Assembly (NCBI GenBank): GCA_964016885.1
Contig: OZ024740.1
Location: forward strand, 114,452,001-114,516,000
Direction: 5' to 3'
Origin: Eledone cirrhosa
Taxonomy: Eukaryota
DNA: 64,000 nt
Below the pieces are notes generated by a model. That model saw only the letters and a list, made by a program, of their open reading frames with translations. It had not been told where the DNA came from and did not search any database. A program made the position numbers and the translations under genes. Of this stretch, positions 12,900 through 26,634 are shown piece after piece. Within the stretch, counting starts at the first letter, position 1. Each line of letters begins with the position of its first letter.

Positions 12900-13975
12900 T
12901 AGTAGATACAAAAACAAAGGACTAGAAAGGGAGCAGTTTAAATCAGGTTATGTTTTTACCTCGTGAGAGGAGAGAAAATAGATTTTGTACTGCAAAGAAA
13001 TGCCCCGTAAGCTAAGCGATACATAGAAGTGGCTGAATTTCTAGAGCAAGTATTGGACTATGTTGGCTGTTTACGAAAAGAAGAGGAGGTTGTAGTCAAT
13101 CATGAAAGAAAATAGGAAAATTGCAGAAGAATTGGGAAGGCATTTTGAAAGTGATGACGATTCTGCATTTATAGCCACAAAGAACATCAAAACATGAAGG
13201 CCAACAGAAACTGGACACTAAATGGGAGCAAAGAAAAACACCGCATGGGCAAGATGTCCTCCATGAGAAATAAATTGAGGTAGATCAAACCCTCAGCTAC
13301 CAGTCGCTGCGGAGTTCTGGGCTAAAGGCTGAGAGTCAGGGTTTCATTTTTGCTGCACAAGACCAGTCTCTTTTAATGCACAATGTTTAAGCCAATATGA
13401 TCAGAAATTGGACTGACGCAAAGTGTTGATTCTGCGATAAGCATGTTGAAACCATTGATCACCTGTTTTCAGACTGCAAAGTATTAACTCCCCAGGAATA
13501 TAAAATGAGACATGACAGTGTGAGGGCAATCTTTACACTGAGTAATATGCAGGGTTTATGATATAAAATCAGAGGCAAAAGGGTACATCCATCACCCAGA
13601 AGCAGTAACAGGGGGCGAGAATCTGACAATCCTATAGGATTTCCCTGTGAACATTGACAGAACAATGAAAGCCAACAGAGCTGATATAATTGTGAAGGAC
13701 TATAAAGAGAAATTATGCTTCGTAATCGATATGAGCATTTCATCAGATCGTAACGTCTCCTCGAAAGAGTTCCGAAATCTGAATAAAAATGCAGATCTGA
13801 TAATTGAAATTGAGAAAATGTGGCACCATAAAGCCTGTACAACTCAGTTGAGTGGATTGGAGCAACGTTACAAAATGTTTCTTTCTCAAGGACTCGGTGA
13901 TGCGTCGACAATTCAACATACGACAATATGATCGTAGTCGAACACGCTAGTAAAAGCAATGTCGATATTTAGGAA
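12900..13975 (+). mobile_element. Old, highly degenerate R4-clade RLE retrotransposon 3' fragment
   Basis: SSGLKAESQGFIFAAQDQSL, C..CDKHVETIDHL, RHD, IDRTMKANRADIIVKD..VIDMSI. Confidence 0.72.
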
Positions 13976-14959
13976 ACTATGTCATAGAATCAGAACGTGA
14001 TTTATTTCCGACGTTTTTTAGAAAGAGAGGAAAGTTTCTTCTGTTTAATATTTTTTCCTTTATGTATTTCTTAATTGCTTGCCTTTCTTCACGTTATCCA
14101 ACCACACCTCAAAATTAACTATCTAAAATAATATTAATTATGTATTTAGACGATTACCAAAAATAACTCATCAAACATTTTTCTCACATTCACTAAATTG
14201 TGTTAAATATTAAAAATAAAATAAAATATAATAATAATTAGCATAATTTCCATTCTAGAACGTTGTTTCGATTTTGTTTTAAATTTGAATTATACACGTA
14301 TTAATTATATTCTTTCTATTATTTGTTTTCAATTATAAATATTTTTCGAATTTATAAATATCTTTCTATTATAATATATTTAATTACTAAATGCTAATTT
14401 CCCCAGCCTACAACTTCGTTTTTTATAGATTCTTTTATTATATTTTACTTTATATTTGTTTGTTTATTATTTATTCCTTTATTGCTGTTGATATTTATAA
14501 TTAGCTATTTGACGTCTCTCATTATTGTTTTAGTTCCAATTTTTCATCAGTGATCGAATCAAAAAGAGAAATCATATAATCAACTAAACATTCTTGTTTG
14601 TTTACATTTTAATTGGTCTGCCGGCCATATTATATAATTAGATTTAGAGAAAGTGTATAGTAACTGCATACTAAATCTTCTGTCGCTTTCGAGGAAGAGC
14701 ATTCTGTTGATTGGCTAGCTGAACGTCCAATCCCTACAATTAACATAAACCATGGCTAAGTTTACCAAAGAACTCTACATTTAATGTATTTCCCACTGCA
14801 TTTCGGTGTGCTACGATGTGAAGACACTGGATCTTTAAATGGTGAGGGCAGTCCATCCCACAGGTTTCAACGAATATTTCTTTTAGATAATTTCCCTCGC
14901 AAGGCTGATATAACACTTTTTAAAGACTCAGTGACATATTTTCTCCAATATTGATTTCT

Positions 14960-15482
14960 GCTTTAGGCACAAGGCCAGCAATTGATACAGGGTGGCAAAG
15001 TCGATTAAATCGACCCCAGTGATAATTTATTTAATAGACCCCGGAAAGATGAAAGGAAAAGCTAACCTCGGCAGGATTTGAACTCAGAAAATAAATCCAT
15101 GCCATTTTGATACTGCCACTCCACCATCCTTTTTCTAATAATTGTTTCTACTTTTGGCACAAGGCCAGCATTACTGGTACTTTATTTTATCGACCCACTA
15201 AGGATGAAAGGAAAAGTTAACCTCGGCGGGATTTGAACTCAGAATAGGAAGGGCTGTAACTCTATGCGTCAAAGCATGGCGTCCGACCCTCTACCGATAG
15301 TGCCTAATAATGCTTTCTTATATAGTCACAAGGCCAGCAATTTTTGGGGGGAGGGAAAAGTCGATGCAATTGCCCCCGGTGTATGACTGGTACTTTATTT
15401 TATCGACCCCCGTAAGGGCTGTAAATCTATGCATCAAAGCATGGCGTCCGACTCTCTACCGACACTGCCAATCCACCGCCCT
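14960..15482 (-). mobile_element. Cluster of about three tRNA-derived SINE copies
   Basis: Reverse-complement B box (GGATTTGAACTCAG), core AAGGATGAAAGGAAAAGTTAACCTCGGC, and head CTCTACCGA..TGCCAATCCACCGCC. Confidence 0.85.
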
Positions 15483-16759
15483 TATAATGATAACTGTTTT
15501 GAACTGTATGAATAGGAGGGTACCTTAACTGAAACGATCCATGTTTTTTTGTTTTTTTCAAACATATCACTGATAGATTCCACCAAGACAAGCGAACAAA
15601 TCAAGAGACTATCGGCTGGGTCTTTTGTAGAGCTAAGGATAGTGGTCAGAAGGTCTTAATTATAAATGATCACATTGGATAACGATATAGAAATTAAATC
15701 ATAAAATCATCATGGCGTGAATGTATTTTATTACAGTTCTACGCGATATATGTTGACATAGGGCTAAACACCAATATCATCATCGTTTTCTTCATCACTC
15801 TCAAGATTTATTTATCAATCACTTGTTGAGTTTTATACCAGGGTCAGCCTCAATCAAGCAGATTTATGACGAGAGTCATCTCAACTATGACCACCTGATC
15901 ATTCTCCCAGAGATAGTGTAACAAATACGATATTGTCTGGTATGGCGTTGAATTTTCAATTATCTAGAATAAGATTTGGTGTACTTTTAACTTCAATTAT
16001 TATCTGATGATCTAAACACGTATGAGCTCTAAATGTCATTGTTTCAATATGTCTAACTTCATCATTATGTAGAAATAGGTGGAATAATCTCAGATCTGGA
16101 AGCACGTGAAGCACAGTATTAACAATGTAAAATTATATTATGAATTTAGCTTAACTTTATTTCATCGTATTTCATGGTATATAATCTGACAGGCAATATA
16201 ATCTACATTCATTTTCACGTAAAAATTGTGTGTATCAAAAGATAGACTGTCATGATTTTCGCAGCAAATCCAAGTATTGAATGCAGTCGTTGTTCAATTA
16301 TAAATTTATTTGAATTCCTGTGGAAAGAATTAAGCACCAAATATAACTGTGAAATTGTGAAAGAGAAAAATAGATAGCGTCAGGAAACTTCACTCTTGAA
16401 CTTTGCACGTTGCACGTCTTTCATACGGTTACACTACAAACTTCATCTGTCTGACATTGGCTAATTAACTACCTGTAATATACTAATAGACATATATCGA
16501 GCATTCTTCAGTCTTAAAAGCCTGGATGTGACGGTAGTATAAAAAAAGCAAATCTTATTCTAGTGGCTCTGGGAAGCTAACGTAATCAAATTGATCGTTA
16601 TACGATAGTCTCTATATGATATATCTGACGCCTACAAACACTAGCTGTCTGGGCTTAAATCTATTGGTTGAATTTACAAATTAACAAATTGACATCTATT
16701 CTGCAATCGTATAAAATCGTCAGGGTAAGAAAATAATAAGAAAAAAAAAACACATGAAT

Positions 16760-16817
16760 ATATCTATCTATTTATCTGTCTATCTAAATATCTATTTATC
16801 TATATATCTATCTATCT
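16760..16817. repeat. (TATC)n microsatellite flanking a Tx1-like insertion
   Basis: Imperfect TATC run; a matching run lies at 18445-18505. Confidence 0.9.
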
Positions 16818-18444
16818 AATGGTGTCGACGGCCTCCGAAATCGAGGCGGTCGGCACCTTACTAGAGGAGTACGAAAGGTTCACAGGGGCTAAGCTGAACC
16901 GGGACAAGTCGATCGGTTTGCAACTCGGCACGTGGAGGGGCAGACCGATGCCCTCCGATAGCGTCGTCGGACGCTGGACGGAGGGCCCGGTGAAGTTGCT
17001 CGGGGTCTGGTTCGGACCGGACCTCGAGGTGGAGAAAAACTGGGCGGAGGTTACGAACAGGGTGTTTGCACTGACCCAGAAGTGGGCCAGTTGCAAACTA
17101 TCCCTGAAAGGTCGGGCGGAAGTGGCGAACACCTACATAGCGTCCGTCATCTACTACCGCCTGACCGTAGTGCCCTGCCCAAGGGAAACCCTCACCAAGA
17201 TGGAGCGCGCGCTCTTCCAATTTCTTTGGAAGAGGCGGGCTCCTATGGTGAGGAGATCCATCTGCTGTCAACACCCTTCGAAAGGAGGGCTGGGGATGCC
17301 GTGGCTAATGATGCGTAAACACGCATTAAGGCTACGGCACCTCTACGTATTCCTCACCGGACAACCGGTGTGGGCCTCGTTTGTGAGACGAACCTTTCCC
17401 AGACTCGTCTCACTCACTGAGCTGCAATCCTGGGTCAAGCAAAGACCGAGAAAACTGGGCGCCTGGCACACTGAGTGTGCCCAGGCGCTCACCGCCCTCT
17501 GGCAGGCGGATCCGGTTATCAGTGGAGACTCCACCGCAACATTCTATAGAGGGCTGGTACGCAGCAGGTGCGACGACGCCCTCGGAGAAGCCCTAGACAT
17601 GGAGGAGGACGAACTGGCCAGCCTGTTCGGTAGGACATTCAGCCCAGGACCTATGGACAACTTCCAGAAGTCCCTGGCCTGGCAGTGCTACCGAGGGGCT
17701 TTATCCGTTCGAGAAAGGCTCTACAGACACGGGCGCCCGGGTAGGGACCCCGCCAAAAAGATCTGTCCCAGATGCGTGTGCGACGAGGAAACCGTTGCAC
17801 ACGCATTGGTACACTGCTCGGGCGTAGCCGATCTGTGGGGCTATGTCGAACAACTGCTGTCAAGGGTGGGACCGATCCGGTTGACCACCGAGTCTATTGT
17901 AATGATCAAGCCGCCTCCCCCCTTCAAAGATGAAGCAGAGGCGGTGTTTCTGTGCGTAATAGCCATGGCGAAAGAGGTTGTATGGTGGACGCGTCTGAAA
18001 GGACTGAGGTCAGGCACCTTTCTCTCTGGCCAACAACTGGTCCGTTTCTTCCGATATCATTTCGGAAGAAGGATCAGGATGGAGAGAGAGGTGCTGCACC
18101 CCAGCCGTTTCTATGAAAGATGGGTGAAAGTGGCGAGAATGGCCCGTGTGAATGGGCCTTCACTCTACATCAGACTATAGGTGAGGAAGATGAAAGACCA
18201 AGGGAGCACCCCTTCTCTGTGCTCCTGAGGAGAAGGGTTGCACACTTTTTTCGGGGGTGTGTGCGACCCCCCAAGGCGCCTCCTCTCTATTGAGGATTTT
18301 GTTAAAAATTTTATTTTTTGTTATATCTTATTTTATTTTTATATTTTGTTATTGCCTCCTCCTTATTGAGGACGCCTTTTTGTGTAAACTCCCCCCTTTG
18401 TACTTGTCCCACTTTTGATGCCCTAGTGGCAAATAAAAGAAACA
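16818..18444 (+). mobile_element. 5'-truncated, young Tx1/L1-clade element inserted in (TATC)n
   Basis: Uninterrupted ORF2 3' part, a 3' UTR ending CCCTAGTGGCAAATAAAAGAAA, and TATC repeats on both sides. Confidence 0.88.
16819..18180 (+). CDS. Tx1/L1-type ORF2 C-terminal half (end of RT, thumb, zf-RVT CCHC), 453 aa, N-terminally truncated
   Basis: GAKLNRDKS, VKLLGVWF, LSLKGRAEV, GGLGMP, CPRC..EETVAHALVHC, AKEVVWWTR. Confidence 0.85.
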   Translation: MVSTASEIEAVGTLLEEYERFTGAKLNRDKSIGLQLGTWRGRPMPSDSVVGRWTEGPVKLLGVWFGPDLEVEKNWAEVTNRVFALTQKWASCKLSLKGRAEVANTYIASVIYYRLTVVPCPRETLTKMERALFQFLWKRRAPMVRRSICCQHPSKGGLGMPWLMMRKHALRLRHLYVFLTGQPVWASFVRRTFPRLVSLTELQSWVKQRPRKLGAWHTECAQALTALWQADPVISGDSTATFYRGLVRSRCDDALGEALDMEEDELASLFGRTFSPGPMDNFQKSLAWQCYRGALSVRERLYRHGRPGRDPAKKICPRCVCDEETVAHALVHCSGVADLWGYVEQLLSRVGPIRLTTESIVMIKPPPPFKDEAEAVFLCVIAMAKEVVWWTRLKGLRSGTFLSGQQLVRFFRYHFGRRIRMEREVLHPSRFYERWVKVARMARVNGPSLYIRL

Positions 18445-18505
<61 letters not shown>

Positions 18506-18509
18506 CTTT

Positions 18510-21500
18510 ATCTGCTTGGCACAAGAAACATCGCCGGTAAGCTTTGTTGTTAATTTCTATGCAAAAAACCGAACTAATTGTTTGAAAAGACATATCATTT
18601 TGTAGATTAACCCCCAAGCTAAATTGTCAGCTGGGTGGTAATCCCATTTTTCGCCGCTTTAGGGGCGAAAATTTAATTTTAAAATTGTTTTAAAATATCA
18701 AATTTTCCCAACTATAAAGGATGAATAACTCGGAAAGAACGCTAGAGAACGTCGAGAGAGAGAAGAGAGGTAGAGAGGCAGATATTAACGTTATATCTGC
18801 TTCTTCTATTATGGACGTCGCCATAGATACGACTGTCAACAAAGAGAAAAAAATATTAACACTTGAAGATTTTAAAATTTCTACCGTCGAAGCGGAGAAA
18901 AATAACAATAACACACAAGAAAACACAGGAATTAAACCTATTAACATACATACACATGAAAAAGACAACATCAACAACTCCACATAAAGTTTCACCTCGT
19001 CAAGGAACTGAGATTTCCAACACCGAGGTTAACAACGATAAAAACAACAACAGCAACACCACACAAAAGAAAATGTCTTTCGCTGAAACAGTGAACAAAA
19101 AACAAAATTTTATAAATCTTGACATCTCCAATGCAAGAGATATGCTCCAGCAAGGGAGAACATTTGTAACTTTCGAAGACAAGGGTGGGTTTAGAATTAA
19201 CTCACCTCTCGAAATAAAAGAAGAGACAGTTCGAAGGAGAGTGACCTTTAGGACTGTCTCCAACACAACGAGAAAGCCGATATTTCTTAGTCAAGCAGAT
19301 ATAGAAGCCACCTTCAAGGAGACTCTAGCAAATATTGACTTTCTCCAACGTGGAAAACAGTACGGAAGTGTTTCCGTACTGTTTAAAAGCGAGGCACTCG
19401 CCCAAAAACATTCTGTGACACCAATGGTTTCCAAAGCATTCACCTTTTTCCCTACGTACATGTGAAAAAGGACGCAAACACTCCTTCACAAAAGTCCTTC
19501 ACAAACACACCACAACATCATTACAAAAACACTATTACCAACACCAACACCAAAACAACCACCACCACAAGTACACCAACAGGCGAAACGAGCAAACACA
19601 CCAAAACAAACAACCACTCAACCAACAACAACAGAAAAAACACAGACAACACCTCTGAAGAACACAGCCCCACCCCATCCCACTCCATCAAACACTACCA
19701 CAAACACACACACCGAAACACCAACACCACACAACATACCCCTAGCCCACACTCCTAACAATGATTATTCACCGACAGATGAGGCTGCTTCTCCTTCTTT
19801 AAGTGAAGAAGAAGAAGAGCCTCGGAAATCTAAAAAACAAAAAAAAGACACGACAAAACCCCCAAAACTCCAATCACCAACACCAATACAGAACCACAGA
19901 CACAAACAACAACACAAACAACACCACAGTCAAACATTCCCCTACCAGCAAAACCAACACCACCCCAAACACAAGCACCCACCATAAAAAGAAAACTCCT
20001 GGACGAACAACAAACTAAAACAACACAACAAAAACACAAACAAGTGCCCATTTTCGTCCTTTTTCTCCAACTTTTCTTCACCAACATGGCTAGTTTACGA
20101 GTTGGAAGCGTGAATGTGGGTGGCCTAGGGATGCCCTGGAAACAGGGCCAACTTTTAAACGACCTTAGGTCACACGGTAGGGATGTGATAGCCATCACCG
20201 AGTCCAGGATCCACAACAGACAGCAACTAACCCCCATCTTCGACGACTTTGAGTTCTACGCCTCTCTCTGTCAGCCAGGAGGTGGAGGGGGAGTGGCTGT
20301 CATGTTTCGGAAGAACCTGGACGTCGAAGTGCAGCAAGTATGCTTGGACCCGGAGGGTAGACTGGATGTCCTAGACATGAACAGTATTGGAGGTGGAGCC
20401 TTCAGATTAGTGGCCGTTTATGCCCCGACCGGGCAATGCAATCACAGCCAGACTTCTTTAAGCGTCTAGAGTCTTTTCTGGGAACAACTCGCTCCTTACT
20501 TTTAGTGAGGGAGTGGAATGGTAACCTAGATGCACGATGGGACTATGTGGGAGAATTTCCCAGTAGAGGGGGGTGCAACAGCCTCAACATTTTAATCGGC
20601 CAATACCAACTGGCCGATAGGTATCGACTGGATTTCCCTGCTGCACCACAGTGAACGTGGGCAAACCGCAGCGAGACATGTAGATCGTAGTTAGATAGGT
20701 TCTTCATTAAAGAAAGGGATAAGGAGATGTTAAGCTGTCCACGAAAGCATATGGTTGCCTACTCAGATCACAAATTAGTCGTCTGCTTAGTCAACCGTGA
20801 TAGAAAACATAGACAGGGACCTGGATACTGGAAGCTGAACGTGTCGTTGCCGGCACGTAAAGCTTACAGTGAACGGATAAGTAGACTTGTCAAGCATCAG
20901 AGGCGATGCACACCAGCATCTGCTCCAGGGTCAAGGTGAATGGCTACCTATCGGAGCCGTTCGCAATCACGCGTTCCATTTGACAGGGGTGCCCTCTCTC
21001 CACCATTCTATATGTATTGACTCTAGAGCCACTACTGCGGAATTGGAGCTGTTACAGGGCATACCTCTAGAACCGGGACTGCGCATAGCGACGTCGGCTT
21101 ATGCCGACGACGAGACGGTAATGGTGTCGAGCACTTCGGAAATCGGGGTGATCGGAAACTTACTGAAAGAATACTGAAAGAATACGAAAGAATACGAAAC
21201 CCTGAGGGGAGCAAAACTAAACCCGGACAAGTCTGTCGGTTTGCAACTCGGTACGTGGAGAGGCAAACCGATAACGTCCGACAGCGTCGTTGGACTCTGG
21301 ACGGACGGACCGGTGAAATTGCTCGGGATCTGGTTCGGTCCAGACCTCCAGGTGGAGAAAAACTGAAAAGTGTCACGTGGGCAGAGTGCAAACCCGTCCT
21401 TGAAAGGTCGAGCGGGGGTGGCAAACACTTTCAAAGCGCCCGTCATCTACTACCGCTAGATTGTCGTGCCTTGTCCCCGTGAACACCTCGCCAAGATGGT

Positions 21501-22690
21501 ACGCATGCTCTTCCAGTTTCTGTGAAAGAAACAGCCTCCGCTGGTGAGGAGATCCGTCTGCTGTCAGCACCCTTCCAACGGAGGGCTGGGATTGCCGTGG
21601 TTGATGATGCGCAAACATTCGCTGAGGCTGCGGCATCTACATGTATTCCTCACCGACCCCCAACCGGTGTGGGCACTGTGTGAGACAGGCTTTCCCACAA
21701 CTCGTCGCGCTGACGGAGCTGCAGTCCTGGGTCAAGAAAAGACCGAAAACGATGGGCGCCTGGCACATTGAATGCGCTCAGGCGCTCACAGTCCTCTGGC
21801 AAGCGGGCACAGCAATCAGTGGAGACTCCACTTCGACATTCTATAGAGCGATTGCACGTTACAAGGTCGACAACGTACTCGGAGAGACTCTGGGCGTCGA
21901 AGACGATGAGCTCACCAATCTGTTTGGTAGGACTTTCCCCCGGGACCTATGGACAACTTCCAGAGGTCCCTGGCCTAGCAGTGCTACCGAGAATCTCTAC
22001 CGGTTCGTGACAAGATCTACAGGCACGAACGCCCCGGCAGGGATCTTTCGAAGTGGACGTGTCCAAGATGCGCGCAGGACACTGAAACAGTCCTGCACGC
22101 AATTGTACACTGCCCGGACGTAACCGACCTGTGGAACTATGCGGAACAACTGCTGTCGCGTATGGGACAAATCCAGTTGACTGCCGAGTCCATAGTAAGG
22201 ATCAAACCGCCAGCCTCTTTCATAAACGAAAGAGAGGCGGTTTTCCTCTGTACAGTGGCTATGGTGAAAGAGGTTATATGGTGGACGAGATTGAGAGGAC
22301 TGAGGACAGATTCCTTTTACTCCGGACAACAATTGATTCTCTTCTTTAAGTATCACTTTAGAAGGAGAATCAGAGTGGAGAGAGCAGCACTGCACCCCAG
22401 TAAATTTACTGAAAGGTGGGTGAATCAAGCGAAAATGGCCGGAGTGATTGGGCCTTCTCTGTTTATAAGCCTGTAGGTTAAAGAAGAGAGCAAAAGGAAG
22501 AAGGAGCACTTGCAAAACACGCTCCTGGAGTTGAGGGTTGTTCTTTCGACGGGGTATTAAACAACCCATTTGTGGCGGTTCCTCCTGTTGTAATTGTTTG
22601 TTTTATATATTTTACACGGCTGTATCTAAAATCCCGACTGTCTTTGAATTGTCCCCTTTTCTTGTGCGCCCTTGTGGCAAATAAAGAAAT
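18510..22690 (+). mobile_element. Near full-span but degenerate Tx1/L1-clade element (5' UTR, ORF1 ~18721-20018, ORF2 ~20086-22476 with an internal deletion near 20895)
   Basis: APE motifs MASLRVGSVNVGGL, DVIAITES, VAVYAP, SDH, GYWKLN. RT motifs QGCPLS and SAYADD. C-terminus homologous to 16819-18180. Ends GCAAATAAAGAAA plus (TATC)n. Confidence 0.88.
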
Positions 22691-22793
22691 CTATCTATCT
22701 ATATATCTATATAAACATGTGTGCGTGCGCGTGTGTGGTAGTATATATATATATGTGTGTGTGTGCGTGTGTACGTATATGCGTGTATGCGGG

Positions 22794-22856
<63 letters not shown>

Positions 22857-23084
22857 GTTCTGGTTTTATAATTTCACGAAATTTTACCAATAGAGAGAGA
22901 ATCGGTTTCTAACATAGACACAAGACTCTCTCATTGGAATTTACACAACATCAACTAGGTAGATATGTATGTATGCATGCATGTGTAGATATGGATGTTA
23001 TTGTATGTGTGGATGTGGATGTTTTGAGTTGTATGTGTGCATGTGTATATGCTTTGCATCTGTACATGTGTATATGTAGTTATT

Positions 23085-24435
23085 AGATGCAACATTTTTG
23101 GAATGTTTTACATAATTTTACTGTTCAATTAATGGATTGTACTTGTAATTTCCTAACAAGTTGTGTTCATTCTGTTCCTGTCTAGCCTAGCTTCTCAAGA
23201 TTTGTATTGAGGCAGTTACTAACATATACCAGTGCCCCAATATTCACAGGCATACATCAGGATGGATTTCTCATCAGTTCTGCATAAATATTCCCCTTTT
23301 CACTAATCTTTGATATTAGCTGGGCAGCTAATTTCCACTACTGTGCATGATTTCGTCTCACTGTCCCATATCATAATATCTGGTCTGTTATAACTGCATT
23401 TTATTGGTGTTTTTACTGGAACATTCCACCAGTACTCTTGCATATTATGTATATGGATGTCTTCTACATTGTTGTAGCTTTTAATGTGTTTAATATCGGG
23501 TCTATCTTTTTCACGGATTGCATTGTACAGTGTTTTGGCCACTACATCATGCCTCATAAGTAGATAGTACCGCGATGACATCTTTGGACAGCTGCTGTTG
23601 ACATGGGTGATATCTTCGATGTTAGTTCTGCAGAGTCCGCACTTGTTATCACATCTAGGAGTTTTGCCTGCATCCCTATCTCTTTTGTGAATCAGGTATT
23701 TCGTGTGAATCTCCTGTTCTTGGATTGCAAAAGCGTATCCTTCAAAGTGGGAGCCAATATAGCGGCTGTTGGTCCAAGATAGACTACTTTCCTTATCTAT
23801 ATTACTCTCACTCTGGAGCTTCCTGGCAACATATCCATGCATGAATTTTTGCTGATAAGCATGCAGGTTTTCATCCATGGATTCACTGCGATACTACTGA
23901 GCGACTTCTCTGAGTGTGAGTTTTTTATTATCACACAGGGAATATCTCTCGAGGAGTTCCTTCCCATCTCTCATGATCTTATCTGTTTCATACATTTAGA
24001 CTTGCTCGAGAAACGGCCTCCTACGCTTCGAGGATCGTAGTTGTTGTCGGAGAGATATGATGCGACATTCAAATGTTGCCTGGACTGATGTTAGGCCTCT
24101 GCCTCCCTGCTTACGTTTCAAGTAAAGGCGGTCTATGTCACTGTTGATGTGGAAGTTTCCGGTGTTGTTTAGTATTTTTCGAGTTCCAACATCAACTGCT
24201 CGGATTTCGTCTATCGTGCAATTGTTATTACAAACCTTGGTGTTAGGACAGGCACAGCAAACACGTTGTGAGCCACTGTTTGTTACGGGTTCTTTATTAC
24301 AGATACCATTATAGGATATGTTCTCATCTATCCTCAGGTATCTGTAGCAGTCCTCATCAGATATCGGTGAAACAGTTAGGCTATTGATGATAATGTTGCT
24401 AGATTGGGTTGTTGTTTTTTCCCCGCTTTACAGTC
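23085..24435 (-). mobile_element. R4-clade RLE retrotransposon 3' fragment (a distinct family) flanked by (CATA)n-like repeats
   Basis: YRYL, DIDRLYLKRKQGGRGL, MHG, EGYAFAIQEQEI, CGLC..EDITHVNSSC, RHD, NRPDIMIWD..VEISCP (ORF 23303-23878). Confidence 0.85.
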
Positions 24436-24909
24436 ATGTAATGCATGTATGTATGCATGTATGTATGTATCTACATATATGCTATACATGCCTAACAGAA
24501 ACAAATCTAAAACAAAAGAGCGGTATTTACTGCTTTATATATCTATTTTGTATTTGACTATCCGTAGATGATGTAGCAATTGTTCTTTATTATCTATTTT
24601 CCCTCCTTTTGCACTGTTCTGTTCTTTATAGCTTAGGATGTTATTTCTGCTTAAATGCTGGCTTTGATTTCAGATCATCTATGTTAGCCATCTTTACGGA
24701 AGAATAACAAGTCAACTCTATTCTGCCACGCTTCGTTTCACCTGATTATTATGATTATATTCTGTTGCTATAGAAATTCCTTGGCCAAGATATATAGTCA
24801 TGTACATTGTACAATTACTGTCAATCAAGTAAAATAAGTAACAATTCTTAGACAGGGTTCTCCATCATATATACATCGTATATTCCAATGTGTTATATCT
24901 ATTTCGTTA

Positions 24910-24948
24910 TCTCTCTTTCTCTCTCTCTCTCCCGCACTCTCTCTCCCC

Positions 24949-25003
<55 letters not shown>

Positions 25004-25205
25004 GCACTCTCTCTCTCTATCTCTCTCTATCTCTCTTTCTCTCTTTCTCTCTTTCTCTCTCTCTCTCTTTCTCTCTTTCTCTCTCTCTCTCTATATATAT
25101 ATATGTGTATATATATATATATGGGGGGGATGTATGTCTGTATGGGGGGGGGGGGGGGGGGTTATAGGTGTGTGTATGCGTGTGTGCGTGCGTTTGTGTG
25201 TGTGT
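24910..25205. repeat. Compound (CT)n/(TA)n/poly-G/(GT)n microsatellite
   Basis: Direct inspection. Confidence 0.95.
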
Positions 25206-25620
25206 AAGTATGTTTATGCTTGCGTGTTTGCAGTAATTTTATGAGACGGAACAGATTGATAGAGAGGAAAAAAGAGGAGAGAGAAAGAGATATGGATTAA
25301 TATTTAGATACAGAGCTGAATTGACGGATAAACTGATAAATAGATAGAAAGGACAAGTAAGAATCGGACACTAACTGATATAGGAACACATCACAGATAT
25401 AGACAATGTAATATATATATATACATACATATATGCATATATATAACGAAAAGAAATCGAAAATGTAACGAGTCTTTTTAAAAATATTTATGTTCCTTTA
25501 TCGGTTTCACAGTTCTTATTCGTTTCAAAAGTAGAATTGAGATGGCCGGATGTGGTGTTTCTAGCATATATATATATGTGTTCCACCACTATATCTATCT
25601 ATGTATATATATATATATCG

Positions 25621-25756
25621 GGAAAGAGTCAGGACCCCGACACGGAGCTCAGCCATCGGGGTCCTGACTCTTTTCCTATTACCCACTCTACTACCCTAAG
25701 TATTGAGTACTCTGGTGCGTTATGGTCTACCTGGTATCTTACCACACCCTCTTTGT

Positions 25757-25757
<1 letters not shown>
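25621..25757 (+). mobile_element. Miniature PLE terminus (fold-back plus tail), related to the 40960-43701 family
   Basis: Hairpin GGAAAGAGTCAGGACCCCGA..TCGGGGTCCTGACTCTTTTCC followed by the tail TTACCCACTCTACTACCCTAAGTATTGAGTAC also seen at 35191-35271. Sits in (TA)n. Confidence 0.75.
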
Positions 25758-25782
<25 letters not shown>

Positions 25783-25787
<5 letters not shown>

Positions 25788-26634
25788 ACCCTGCATTTGG
25801 ATTTTACCACCAGTTCCATTTGGGTCCAGGTTTTTATCATTTATTTTGTTTGACCTGTTTAGCTTGAATAGTTTTTTGGCTTAGGTGGTTAATGCCATCT
25901 TAACCACTTTTTCAGTTTGTATGGCGTTTTAACATATTGTTTAGCTCTGATTTTTCAACTTTTGAACGCTTGCCAGCATTTCTACGATTTTGCGTTTCGT
26001 TTCGCTTTTTCTACCAGCCGAAATACGATTCTCGCTGAATTATATTTTTATTAATCTCCCGAGTCTTACAAATAACCTGTTAATAATTCTATTGACAGAT
26101 TAATTGCATAAGTTTATTTTTAAAAACTACCTGGTTGAGTGCTTATTCGATTTGTGCTCTCTGTGCAATTTTTTGTATGATATACACATACTGAATTCCT
26201 TTGCCAAAATATGGGGAATTTCGCCTTGTGACTTACGTATGTGCGTTTACTATGCTCTGCATCACTCGCAAAGTTGGTTACAGTGCAGAATTACCTGTTG
26301 ATAACGTGATATTCCTTGTTCGATCTTTATGCTGAAAGCTTATAGTTTTAAGCAGACAGTATTATTGATTTAGGTGTCATAGAAACACTGCATTTGGATT
26401 TTACCACCAGTTCCATTTGGGTCCAGGTTTTTATCATTTATTTTGTTTGACCTGCTTAGCTTGATTTGTTTTTTAGCTTAGGTGGTTAATGCCTTCTTAA
26501 CCACTTTTTCAGTTTGTATAGCGTTTTAACATATTGTTTAGCTCTGGTTTTTTAACTATTGAGCGCTTGCCAGCATTTCTACGATTTTGCGTTTCGTTTC
26601 GCTTTCTCTACTAGCCGAAATACGATTCTCGCTG

